64,000 bases of DNA, taken from contig OZ287748.1 in the NCBI GenBank assembly GCA_965649765.1, forward strand, positions 76,260,001 to 76,324,000, in the 5' to 3' direction. The position numbers and the translations under genes are program-made. The stretch is from Bispira polyomma. Its lineage: Eukaryota. Of the stretch, positions 24,160 through 37,300 are shown piece after piece. The notes beneath the pieces were generated by a model. It was not told the origin of the DNA and ran no database searches. It saw only the letters and a list, made by a program, of their open reading frames with translations. Position 1 is the stretch's first letter. Every line of letters starts with the position of its first letter.

Positions 24160-25740
24160 TACATTAAGATTAAAGTATTCTAGAGGAACTTGTTATTTAG
24201 CTGAATGAACTCTAGACAAAGCGTCTGCTATAATATTTTGCATACCAGGAATGTGTTCTATAGTGAGTGTAATATTAATTGATAATGCTATCAGCCACAA
24301 GTTTCTTAAACAGAGTGCCGAGAAGTTGTCTTTGGTCTTTTGAGATCCGACAACCAATACTACAGCCATATTATCAGTGTATTTTTGGTTTGCTGTGGGC
24401 CCAGTCATTTGTCCAAACTCAAAGAGCTGTTGTAATATTCAACATCTCGAGATGTGCAATATTCTGGTCTCGGTTGTAAATGTTATGTATTGGAGTTGCA
24501 TATACCTGGTCGCCCCAGACACCTCCAAAACCTGTAAGGCAAGCGTCAAGATGTAGTTTGTTTGCGTGTGATATTATGGTGGGATCAATGTATGTCACGC
24601 CATTGTAAGTAGGAAAAAATTTCAAAAACCATTGCAGATCACTTTTCATGTCACCGTTGACCTTAATACGCTTGTCAGTACTACCTCTAAATTCCATTAG
24701 AAGTCTATTTAGGTGCGTGCTAAAAAGGGATTGAAATTTGTTTTTGGAAATGAATTTTTTGTTATAAATTTCCAAGCATAGGTTCCAAATTTGGGTAATT
24801 TTTTCCTTGGTTATAGAAATAGTGCCTTCCTGTATATCAATGTCGATACCCAGACATGTCATACTGTGTGTGGAAGGAGTGAGTTTCTCGCTATTCATAG
24901 GAAGACCTAATTTGTCCAATAATTCTGTCAAAATCTCAAAACCTTGCTGAGCCTTATGTTTAGGTGCAATACATATATAATCGTCGATGTAACAAAGTAG
25001 CTTGAAACCTGAATTATTCATATAGAATGCTACTGCGTCTGAGCATCACTGAAAAGCCCTGCGTACATGGACCCAGCCAAATGGGATCGTCGGATCCAGG
25101 TACAGCTCGTTGTTTCAAGATATGCCCAATTTAATGGCTTCAGCCGGATCGACTCCAAGGTTACGAAACACGCGCGAAATGTCAATTTTGAATAAAGTCG
25201 GTTCCTGAGTACAACGAATTGCCTGTGTTATATCTTCAATGCCTGGGAATTTCAATTTAAATTGTACCCTGTCAAACAGTGCTTTATTGACATTATCATT
25301 TAACAAATCGCCCTGTGGATATGAGAGATTCAAGATTACTTGTCTTTTATCAACGTCTTTAAGACGGGTTAACAATGGAGAGCAGTGTAATTGTGTAGAG
25401 TTAATGGCTGTGACTGGGCCCAGCATTGCTCCATTTTCTTTGTCAAGATATTGACCAACTGCCTTAGTGTATTGTAAAGCAGAGAAATGATTTTTTATTT
25501 TTACATCTCTAAGTTGTCAGGATTAGTAAGACTCAAGGGAAAACCAAATTTCAGGATAATCAGAAATAATGTTTTCCCAAGCACTTGGGTTCAAACCTGA
25601 AATGATTAGAAATCTGGTTTTTTTGTAGTTCGGAAGTTCAGTGTCACTAACCAGCTTGCCAATTTCAATCATTTTTTTAGTTTATTTCTACTATTTTTCG
25701 CAGGCCAAACGTCTACTGAATGTGACTGCACAATTAAGGT
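24160..25740 (-). pseudogene. E4 RT/RNase H
   Basis: KRQVILNLS, KIDISRVFRNL, YIDD, HLDAC, HLEMLN and NIIADALSR across broken frames. Confidence 0.9.
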
Positions 25741-26513
25741 ATCAATAACATTTTCCATATAGGATGTATAGTTACAATTATATTGGACAGAGGACTACAG
25801 ATCCCTTTTGTAATAGTAATAACTGTTTTGAGATTTTTTCATATTACCATGAGAATAGTTACCAACACTGAGTTGAATTTTTCCCACTATACTGTTGTCC
25901 AACCAGATTTCTGCTTCGTACCTATCTATGATCTGCAGTTCGCCTGTGGAAGAATTAACAGTGGGGGAATATATGATGCAATTATATGTATCACAATGGC
26001 AGAGACAGTAAAAGCCCTTACTGAATTGTTCATTCTCACTACAAATATAAGCTACTGGGGCCATGACTCCCCCATAATCAGATACTTCAGAGAAATTTGT
26101 AACAGATATTTGAACTTTGATAGTTTGGTTAGTATAATTATCGTGTCCCTGCCAGAGTGCACTACTATTGTCAGTAGTGTATGCACTTGGTGACACAATC
26201 AAAGACTTTTATACCTGAAATGATTGCAGATCTAGAAACAATATTTTCCATTTTCCCCGTTGAACATTTTTTTTTGTTTTAACATCTACTATATTTCCAT
26301 TAATTATTTTATCAGTATTATAATGACCACCTGATATGTTCTTAACTACCTGAATGTGGACATTGTTGGCAATGTTGGAATTGGTCGTGGCCTTGTAATT
26401 GTTATCACATTCCTTAACAAGAATATATTTTTTTCACTATTCACATGAGTTATATTATTTATCTGTTTAACTTTATACACTTCCGATTTGCTGATTGGCT
26501 GACGGTGTTGTCC

Positions 26514-27925
26514 CTAGCGATTGTTTGACTGTTCTGGGTTTTTATTCAAATTGGACTGAAATTTAAAACACTTGAATTCGGGATGCACTGCATCCTTGCC
26601 AAGTTTCTTCGAACAATGCCAACAAATGAGCCTATGATTAGCATGGTCAGTTTTATGAGGACATTTCCCATTATTGCACAACTTGCAGATCGTCTTAAAT
26701 TCATTTTGTTTCCCTTTATTCAGATCACTATTACCATTATTACTATTATTGCTCACTTGTGCCATTTGAGATGCACTTCTGATGCAAATCAGTTCAAAGC
26801 CCACTGAGTTTGGTTGTCCCATGTAAATCGCCCTTCTTCTATATCCTGCATGCTGTGCCCCCAGGCGGTACGTACGACTGGCCAGGGGAGAGCTGCCGCT
26901 TCTCTGAGTGTATGGACTACCTGCTCAATCATGCCTTTCATCAAAGCAGGATCTGCTACTAGGAGGGCGTTGTTGAGCTGGCCAGCTGCCCATTGCGCCA
27001 TAGACAAGTCGTCAAAAGTGGGTTTCCAATTTGTGTTCGCACCTACCCACCCCTCATTCGACCATCAAAATTTGGGGTCTGCTGTAGAAATGTCAGAACT
27101 GTTATAACGCCCAGACTTTTGTTTTACTGGAGCCTTACCTTGGAGAATATCTCTTTGGATATTGGTCGCATATCCCGCTAGTTGCTTGGCTATGGCAGCC
27201 TGTATGGCTGGTATCGCCGAAGAGTGTCCAGTTGTGGAACCACGCCGTACTTAGAAAATTCCTGTTGAATCATAGGTTGTGCAGTTGGACCTGGATTTAT
27301 CGACCAAGTAGAACCTAGAGAAGCTGGAGCCGCCGACGTGGTGTATTCTCGTGGTGTGTGCTACGGCCTAGGAGGTAACGCTTGCTGGGTCTAAGTCGTT
27401 TCAACCCTGCTAATTCGCTGACTACATTCTGTGTTTGATGTTTCTAGTCTCCTTAGTATAGCCAGCATCTCTGAGGAGCTGTCGGTGCCTGAAGTCATGC
27501 TCGGCAGGGGTTGTTGGCCCACCATGAGTGGTTGAGTCAAGGGCCGACAGGGCTTGGAATTGTGATGGTGTGATCCCGGCACAAGCAGTGTCTCTGTCTG
27601 CAGTTTGGTAACCCAGCGTATGGGAAAGTAGTGACGCGGTGTTAGTGTTGGTAGGCGCACATGGAAGTGTAGCCTGAATATAAGCAGCCCCAGAGTTGGT
27701 AGTGGACGCGGACATGAATTCTGAAGAAAGTTCAATAAGTCTAGACGCTAAAGCAGTTAACTGTGCTTGAACCTCGGATACTATAAAGTCTGATACCTGC
27801 TGACATCCCTTACTGAGGTCTTTTGGGATCCCTGTAGTTTTCTTCATCCTCTCCTTTGTTGACCTAGTAATGGATGTTTTCTTAATAGTTTTGCGCATTT
27901 TTCTCTTATGTATCACACTATACAT
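26514..27925 (-). pseudogene. E4 gag (frameshifted)
   Basis: QGKAPVKQKSGRYN, MSMAQWAAGQL and ICKLCNNGKCPHKTDH...ICWHC...H...C. Confidence 0.85.
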
Positions 27926-28128
27926 AATAAACTGGATGTATAATACTTAATTAAGTTAATAATTCTACAAAATGGAGGAGAACAGTCATGGGTGACTAAA
28001 CTTGAATTTTATTGGAGGTTGTCAAATAAACAGTAAAATAAAGGTTAGGCATAACCTAAGGTTTTTAAGGTTGTATAAATCTTATGTTGGATTGAACTAA
28101 CAGACCCCTAGAGTAGTCGTGTTGTGCA

Positions 28129-28400
28129 TACATTCAGCGTTTCCCTCTGCCTCATTTCAGATACATCCTTCTCTAATCATGAAACCATTTTAAGTATAGT
28201 GTCCATCATTACTTGTTGTCGTTCACACAACAGCTAATATGAATTATCTGTGGCACTCACCGTCTGTGACACGTCCATCTCTGTTGCTGAGTGTTCTGTT
28301 TCTATGTCGCCTTCACTTGTATTTTCTTCTACATTCCTTCTGCATTGATTTCCCACAGGTCTCTCGTGTTTCGTCTGACACTTAGAGCACTCCACTTGAA
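28129..28400 (-). pseudogene. E3 gag, 5' part
   Basis: VECSKCQTKHERPVGNQC matches the N-terminal motif of E1 and E5 gag; in frame with the 3' part after removing E4. Confidence 0.85.
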
Positions 28401-29039
28401 CTGTAGTTACTGTCTTACACCTCCCCGTTTTCCGTGTATAATGTTCTTTTTATTGTTTTATATGTATCCTTTTTTAATAAAACACAGTATATTCAAACTG
28501 AAAGACTAAAACTTGTAAAATAAAATAAAGACCCATAAATTTCCAGTTTGGCCTGGTTTGCTTTTAAAAATCACTTGTTGCCTCGTCAGTTTCGAGGTTA
28601 ATAACGCCTTAATTTAGAAAAGGCAGCAAATTTTTTTTCTGTAACTTGTCACTCATTGGCTGACCCCAGTAAACAATTTTATTGACAACAATTACTGTAA
28701 AGGCTTTTATTTTAGGGACTGATACATCATGCCATTTTATGTGCAGTAATATGCAATTGTTGCAAATCAAAAAAGCCTCAGAATACGACCCAAATAACCA
28801 GCAAATGTATATCCTGGTCGGGGTTCAATAACTGTAATATATTTAATTTTAGTGACTGAGGGGTCATGCCACTATTCTTGGCAGTGACTGACAAACCTGA
28901 TCTGCTTAAGTTGGTATAAAGTATAATCTTATATTTCCTAAGATTATATACATACACAATAAGGTACCTGTACCACATACCTGGCTCTCAGTGATGGCAT
29001 TAAAATTTATATTATGATGTCAGGCTTCCCATGCAACCT

Positions 29040-29720
29040 CATTAGCACAAAAGTACGAAGTGTAGAAACTTATATTCAAGGCATGTTTCAGAATAAATAC
29101 AGACTATCCTAATTTGGTTCCAGTATAAAGTGATCCACAAACTTCTGGGCTCTAATAAATTGAGATACAACATGAAGTTACAAAATACTGATAAGTACTG
29201 CCTGTACAGCATATATAAGGAGTCTTTAATTAAATTGTTTAACCATTGTGAAAACTAAATATTCTTAGATAAAATATCAGGATAGATAAATGATTTTTGT
29301 GTGCCATTTCGGACGTTCTTCAAATCTAACTGAATATAACACTAAGCTAAAGTTTAATTTTTTAATTAGAGTAACTTTTGGCCAAAGGTAATTTTCAAAA
29401 CAAAAATCGGACAAAACCTGCTTTAAATAGAGACCTTTTAAACAAATAACGGACACATTAAAATTTGCTAAGAAATGCTATTTCCTCAAATCTTACATTA
29501 GCTTAAATAACTGGGTTTTGTATATATCTAATGTTTATGTGTCAACACATGTAATACTGATCAATTAGTATTCTAATTATTTACACAAAAAGTGTTATAA
29601 ATGTTTGTCTCAGTATATGGTACAATATTCAAATAGCATTGTGTATTATTTGTGTGCCAATTGAAATGCTTTGTTGTCAAAAATGACACCGTTTGGCAGA
29701 AAAATTAATAAATGAAAAAA
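29040..29720 (+). mobile_element. L1/Tx1-clade LINE 3' remnant
   Basis: Translates as LIWFQYKVIHKLLGSNKLRYNMK...YCLYSIYKESLIKLFNHC, a degenerate zf-RVT-like C-terminal region; ends near AATAAA and an A-rich tract. Confidence 0.65.
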
Positions 29721-30736
29721 ACTTAGTTTGAAATTAGACTAAAATATAACTAACAGAAATTTATTTTGGGATATCCAATTAGCAACTTTAGGTCCATTTT
29801 CCTTTGTATAACAATGATTAAAACATGTATGGTGTCTAACTCATGCAGGTAGCATGCTGTATAATCTTTACATTTTAAAAATATTATGTATTTACATGAC
29901 TTTTCAGGAATGATTCTATGACAAAATAAATGTCTGTAATATCAAGTTATCTGTGTAATTTAAATGGGCAATAAAGCTTTCGCATTGTGTTCAGTTTATG
30001 GCCAATATTATTGTCACTAACAGTCCAGATTCAATTATTGGAATAAGCTATCAGTAGCCAGATTTATAGAAGCATGGTATCAATAAAACTACCGACAGCC
30101 CGTTGTAATGTACATTTACCAGAACTAGAGTCGAACATACGAAATATGAACTTGTAGTATTTATTTCATAAAGTGGACCAAATACGACTTCTTTATTTTT
30201 ACAATACAACCGATGTATAATATAATAATGTACACATATATGGCTCCTGTATTTTACAATACAGGCAAAGACAAAAAGAAAGTACTCAAATATGGGTCCT
30301 GTATTTTACAATACAGCCGATGTACAACACAAATGGGTACGTATACAGTTAATTACAGAATCAACCTATACACATTTACCTTATAAATGTGAGCCAACTA
30401 TATTACTGAACTACTATACAGTCAGGCTATATTGAAACTCTTAATTGTCACTATAAATTATAGATACACACACTCATAATACAGCCTTCACCAAAAGTAC
30501 TACATTGTACTGTTAACTGTCAAATACACCTGTATCTGTTTATCACCAAATGGCAACAACAAAAAAATCTTACAATAATACCCAATATATTTTAAATAAT
30601 GGACTAAATTTCCTGAAAATTTCTGACAATATTCGGAAATAACAACAGTACATTTTAGCAATTCTGAATTCGAATAATATTTAGCCAACTCGAAAATAGA
30701 AGACTAAATGACAGAGTAATTAACAACAATCGATGT

Positions 30737-30870
30737 ACCTTCCGAAATAGTGGCCGCTGTCACACCGAACATATGTTTACCTCCGCGCCTTATATAAGCC
30801 TGAGTCAGATCTAATTTGCATACCGAACAGCGCAGTATATCCCACAATGCGTGACTACACCTGTCGGGAA
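30737..30870 (-). promoter_or_regulatory. Putative Pol II promoter and short first exon (unit 1)
   Basis: ZNF143/SPH-like TCCCACAATGC 30840-30850, octamer ATTTGCAT 30814-30821, TGAGTCA 30801-30807, TATA 30789-30798, donor AG|GTACAT at 30738. Most motifs are retained in the paralog. Confidence 0.55.
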
Positions 30871-33800
30871 TTTAAGTAAAACCAAAGCTACACTGACTCC
30901 CAGATTGAGAACCTTTAAGAGAAATCATGACATTATCAACTCAAGTACACAACTATGGCGACAAGTAAATATTCCTGACATTTGAATAGAAATGGTGCAT
31001 CTATTTGACAAAACAACCTTAAATTCAATGTTTAAACGAAGTACACCTTATATGCAATACAATGAGCCCTTTCGGGATTATATAGTTAATATATATACAC
31101 CCAATCTCGGACTCGAAAATCGGCCACCATAGTACTAAAGTACTACAAGATGACAGGGTCATCTTCCTTTTTGAAAAAAATGTCTAATAGCAACAGTAAT
31201 ATAAATGATACCTGAAATATTTTACCTTTATTGGTCTTTAAAAATCTGTACAGGTTCTTGCATATTATGGGATATCTTGATTTTTATTAGATTTTATTAT
31301 ATTTTATTTCATAATACAGACTTACAGTAATTCTGAGGAATATTTAATAAACACATAAAAAAGATACTTTTTATGTGAAGAGCTTCTTTAGACCTGTACT
31401 ACTTGTGTGGCCATAAACTCAATTTATGAGTAACATATTTGCATTTTGACTAATACAAGTAATATAGAATGACACATATTTTAATTATGTTTAATTTATA
31501 ATTTCAAGTGTTATCTTAATAGATATTTTATAACTTAAAATACATCTAGCAATGTGTAAAATTGTGACAAAATGGTTAATATTTTTCAAAGCACATGCTT
31601 CACAAACCTGACACTGACAGCTCGCATACAAAGAAGGAATCAAAACTAAATTATTGTATATCATTAGAAAGAGGAAGACTTTTGAAGATTATTTTTTCAT
31701 TAAAACTAAAAAAACGGCGATATTTTTAGAAAAGCAGCCAAGAAAGTTTTTTTGGTGAGGAAGTTAATCACTAAAAATAACATACATGGTTTACTAACAT
31801 AGGAGAGTGTTTATAATGTCTTCATATAAGCTGCATCAACACCAGTATTATGTTACAATAGAAAACCCCCTCTCTATAGTTAGTTTACAAATGTGAGGTT
31901 CTTATAAAAATTTTAATATGTGTGCCATCACCATACAAGGATTGTTGGTGATCTGATACTTTTGTAGCAAAGTATTTATATTGTTTAGGCATAAAAATAG
32001 CTGAAAACTAGAAATGAACATTCACAAAAGTGACATGCTTTATCCCTGGTGTGTTTAATTACTTTTAATATTTGTAGAATTTTAGTCATTTTTGGAAAAA
32101 GCATTAAATATTACTGTTTGATAGTAACTTGTAAATATTTTATACACATTAGAACATAATATAATACCTAAATATGATGAAAGTTATAATGTATAAAATG
32201 TTTCTACCAGTTGAAGGTTCGTCATTGTTTGCAAAAAGAGTTAAAAATGTAAAATTTAAAGAGAAAGTTTATATAGCTTACTACAGTTGACCTTTTTAGT
32301 GAGTTTCGTTTCCCACTAATTTTTTCTACTAATTTAATGGTGAATATATCTAAGATGCATTTAATGTTTTAACATGAATATTATTTAAAGATTAATTTCT
32401 AGTCACATACAGGGCAGACCTTAACTGTCTGTGGGTCTTAACTACTGCATTACCATTACCAACTACAGCCCTATTGGCAGAACATCAAGCAGTTCATCAG
32501 AAATACATAATTATCTTACATACTATTTACATAATCATGGTTATATTACTAAGTTTATTTCCCCCATGTATTACAGATTTTTTACTATGTGGCAAATGTC
32601 AAGTATGTGACAAATATATATAATGTTATTTTATTTAAAACTGACATTTTAAAAACTCTATATAGTGGAAACCTGGTTCACCAAAACAAGGCTAACCATT
32701 GCACTAAAACATATACACCATCTAGAAATTCATAATTGGTTCAGATTTGGTTTTAATAATCATGTTTATGTGAAACACGTCATATATTACAGAATTGTTT
32801 TGTGATGTAACATATCAGCTGTCTTGACTCGTCCTGTCTTGAGGTCATTTAACTCCTACATGACAGGTCATTTCATCATGTTGGACAGATGCCTCAATTA
32901 TTATACAGATGAACCACTGTTACGCAAAAATGTTGGAAAGTTTGTATAAATTTTGCAGTCTGAAGATGAGATTGTAAAATTAATCTCCAAATAATAGAAG
33001 TCAGGATAATGGAGATGCTGCTGTACATACCATCTATAATCCTTTTTGGCAGAACTTCAAAACAAAATACATAATTACCTCACATTTCATTTACATATTC
33101 ATGATTATGATGAGGTATGGTTCACAGTTCATTTATACACCAATGGATATGTTAATGATGTAATTTACCCCCATACATTACGGTTTTTTTTTTTTGTTTA
33201 AATTTTTTTATTTATACTTCTTTAGCCGCTACTAATAAGTTAATTGGCACACAGTTCATTTATATATCAATGGATGTGTTAACAAGTTACCCCCATACAC
33301 AATTTTTATTATATTGCAAATTTACAATTATCATTATACTTTTTAATGGGCACTGGCAACTTTTATCCCAATTATAACACTGAGGTCTACTGCAAAGTAT
33401 ATTATGAAGATCACCAGACAGAATCTGTCCAGTACCCTGGCCAGTTTGTTCCAGTCTTCTCTGTTCTGCTCCACTTGGTCATTATCCAGTTGCTTGGTCT
33501 TGAAGTACTCCAGGTATTCCACCAGTTTGGCTATGTCACTGCTGTTAAAGTCCTTACCCAGTGTTTTCTTATTCTTCTCATCCAGGATTCTAATGGGGTA
33601 TGGCTGAACCTTGTATTATATTATAGATACATGTATAAGTCAACATAGAAAACATATTGAAATCATTTTACTGTTAATTTACAGTCTCTCAAAGCCACAG
33701 GCTGCCAGTTAGGTTTAATTACATCTTTTTCTCTATTTAAGGAATATTCCAGAACAAACCAACAACAAACAATATTTCAATGTACAAGGTATATTTCGAT

Positions 33801-33980
33801 TCTAACATGACAGATAGATAATAATGCCTTACTGTATGTAAAATGGATCATGACACTGGAGAGATAATTTAATTGAGCATACAAGATATTATATTTTGGA
33901 AAATGGTATTGGCCATACATGCATATTGGTCCTAGCCTTTGTCATAATTTTAATCAATCAGAAGAGATTACATAATTCAG

Positions 33981-34382
33981 CCTTTAACATAACCTAACAC
34001 ATAGTACTTATATAGTGCTTTTTACATAGTGTCTCTAAGCGCTAATAATTAAAATTTTAAATATACTAAGCACATTTAAAAACGTATGCTTTGAGCTGTT
34101 TTCGAAATTCTAGTAGTAATTTTGAAGATCTGATATGCACAGGCAACTTGTGCCATAAAGTAGGTGCAGGATAGACAAAAGCCCGATCACCACTATTGTT
34201 GTTTGGTACTTTGCGAGGGTATGACAATTTAAGACCATTTGAGGGTCCTGTAAATCTACCCGGCTCTGAATCTGAGAGAAGTTCACTGATGAACTGTGGT
34301 CCTAATCCATATACACCCATGAGGAGGCTGAACGCAATCCTCTCTTGGATTGGGAGCCAGTGAACCTCTTGTCTGACTTATC
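33981..34382 (-). mobile_element. L2/CR1-group LINE 3' fragment in the last intron of copy 1
   Basis: GDRAFVYPAPTLWHKLPVHIR...FRKQLKAYVF; absent from the paralogous intron near 56810. Confidence 0.82.
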
Positions 34383-37300
34383 TGACTTTGATATTTGATT
34401 TGAGATAAACAAATATAAAAATATCAAGACAATATTATGTTGGCTTATTTTTTACTTTGTGAAACACCATGTTGAATCTTTGTAGCATAATGTTTATGTA
34501 AACCCCCACAACATTGAATAAATCATCTTTGATAAATTTTACTGAGTGGAACAACACAACTTTAAATGGAGACACCAAAAAGTAACAAACAAAAATAATA
34601 AAATTTTAATAGTACAGCATTTTTTGAAAACCTACCTGAAATGGTTTGACATCTGGTTCACTATACTTCATGCAACAAAGCACACAAGCAAGTCTGTTGA
34701 AGGCAAAATTCTTCAACCACTGAGGTACCTCGTTATTTGGTCGCTGATAATGTATATTGATGATAAGAATGTTCAAAAATATCCCAATTCCAGAAAAGAT
34801 GATACACATCAGTATGGTTATAGCTGATGAATAAAAACAAAGATTAATTTACATATGAATACTAACAATAAGAAATGTAATATATTTTCTAATGTTTGAA
34901 TATATAAACTTGTAATATGAAATCTAAATATTTAAGATTGATATTAGATAGTCATTTATTTATAGTATAGCTGCTCAATATCTGATATAGGAAGTATAAA
35001 TATTGTAAAGTACAGTTTTTAAATTGTATTCCAGACATACAGGTGGTCATTGGTGGTGGGTTTTTTCTTGACAATCCACAGTACACTCATGTTTGTCCAA
35101 GTGAACCATGGTGCTGTGATGTCTTGTTTGATTCAGTGTTTACTCTTGGTAATTGCGTCATGTATTCATATATTATGAAATTATGAATTTGTGTAACATA
35201 CATATTTGTAATTGAAAATGAGTATGGGTGAGCAAATGCAAACTTACTGAGTTTAGGAGTGGTGCCAGAGCGTGATGTAACATCAGTCATCATCAGTAAG
35301 AAAATAGAGTATGACAACATCAGAGTGATACCTAGATAGAAAAGGGCAAATGTGATTGCAAAAAAGTATGTGTTGAACTATGTACATGCTCCATAGGCAT
35401 ATCCTTGGTCTCAGTTGATCTTTTGATGTTCCCTTTACCTTGTTCATCATTCGTGACATTTAGATTCTGATCAAGTGCCTTTGAATTCGACACAATTGAA
35501 AAATAGTGCCAACAGTTTAATAATAGTTATACAGCGACAGATGCATGTGATATGAGTGTTGAATCAGTTTTGGGAAACTCTAGCTAGTCAATATTGTATA
35601 TGCTAAAACTGTATCTTTGTAGTTCAGATGTGTTTTTTTTTCTACTAATAAAATTACTAAATAGAACAAACCTTAAAAATTGGATATTGTTGAAATATAT
35701 AATCACAGATGTTGTTTTATTTGGTTAAACACACCTAAATTCAATTCAAAAATTTATACATTGCTGATTGATTTGTACTAAAATACCTAAAATAGTACAA
35801 ATTAGAACTTGAGAAATTTACATATGCACTAATATAGCCAATGCTGAGACTACCATGCAGGATTTCTATATCAGCAAACAACAAACTGCATTTTTAGAAT
35901 GCATTGTTAAGGTTAAATTAAGTTGAGCGTAAACTTTCATATTACCTAAAGAAACCTTTTCCCCAGACTCTACAGGTAGAATGAACATAGGGATGAGTAA
36001 GAAGGAGAGTAAGATAGCTGGCAGGAGGACATTGAGCTCAAAGTACAGAGGGTTCCTCTTCATCTTCAGCTTAAGCTTTAACATTGGATAAGTGAATGTT
36101 GCATCAAACAACTGAAATGAGATGCAAAAGTAGATAAGTGTCCAAAATACCATCCAACTTACTTTAAAGTACAACCTACGGAAACGATTAAAGGAAATAG
36201 ATTAAACCTAAAGAATAGGATTTCATTCAGCTGCAGAAAAAGATACATTATCAAATATATTCATATTATATGATGTGTATAAAACATGTTGACTGTCATA
36301 GAAAAAAGTGTTACTTGAAGTATATATATATATATATATACAGGACTGGCTGACAAGTTCCGAAGCTAGTTGGGTGTTTACATATTGGCTAAATATGTTA
36401 TCTCCCCAATGGCCACTGTAGAGCTACCAAGAAATCAACAGAAAGCCTGCAACCACCAGCATAACTTCCTAACCACTAAAGCCACAAGATAAGAAATTAC
36501 AGTATAAAAATTTCTATAATATGTCATAGTCGCTATCACACTCGCTGGGTCTTGGCTTGATCCTAGCCCAAGGTTCACAGGTACAGGCACAAACATAGGG
36601 GCTTGGATAACCACTTATAAGGCAGTTCTCTGTCATTGTGTGTTGTTGTGAGTGATACAATAAAGGACCTTTGGTCACCTCAAAGCCTCTATATTCAGTT
36701 ATATTGATGGCAGTTACTGGTGCTAGTTCACTGTGCGTTGGCATTCAAGTGTTAATTAACACTTTGACTACTAGATACAGGTAGATAGTAGAGTAAAAAT
36801 TTGAATATAAATGAAATACTAATACAAATATGAATAATAATAACCTCTTCCACATAGGCTAGTGAATCCTTAAGTGTCCATTCTGAGTTCACTTCAAATG
36901 TATTCATCAATACATCTGGGATGGCTGTGAAATTCACCAATTCGCCTGTGTACATCCAGTTTGCAAATCTGTGTAGAATATTGTACTATATTGTGCAACT
37001 GCATATAAATTTATATTGTGATTGGTTATACAAAGACTGAAGGAAAAAGACACATTATAGTTTCTATGTAGGAATATGCTATATTCTGTGTCAATCTTTA
37101 AATTTCTGTAATTGTAAAATATATATACATATATATAAACTGAACTATAATAGGAAGCCATCGGGAACTCCATCAAACCAAAGTTATATAGACTAAAACT
37201 TTTTGCATGCAAGACATACCCTACTCCTTCATATTTCTGTCAGTTCACTAATATAGAATACTGAATGAGAACATTAATCTTAATCTTGTGTTAGTTTAAG

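Larger units (their letters stand above)
22007..28128 (-). mobile_element. E4: Ngaro-like element nested in E3 gag
   Basis: A1 ~27954-28128 = A2 ~23525-23673; B1 23673-23773 = B2 22007-22110; gag, pol and 3'-deleted YR. Confidence 0.92.
14401..28749 (-). mobile_element. E3: degenerate Ngaro-like element carrying nested E4 and a ~2.7-kb non-coding insert
   Basis: A1 ~28575-28749 = A2 ~14783-14962; B1 14962-15089 = B2 14401-14525; gag, RT/RH and YR remnants in order. Confidence 0.88.

Noticed and set aside
30737-30870. U6/H1-type Pol III snRNA gene
   Set aside because: No room for a PSE between octamer and TATA, no recognisable RNA, and a splice donor follows.
33346-33648. Plus-strand ORFs over the last channel exon (also 56251-56454, 37475-37705, 59973-60158)
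   Set aside because: Antisense shadows of minus-strand channel exons.
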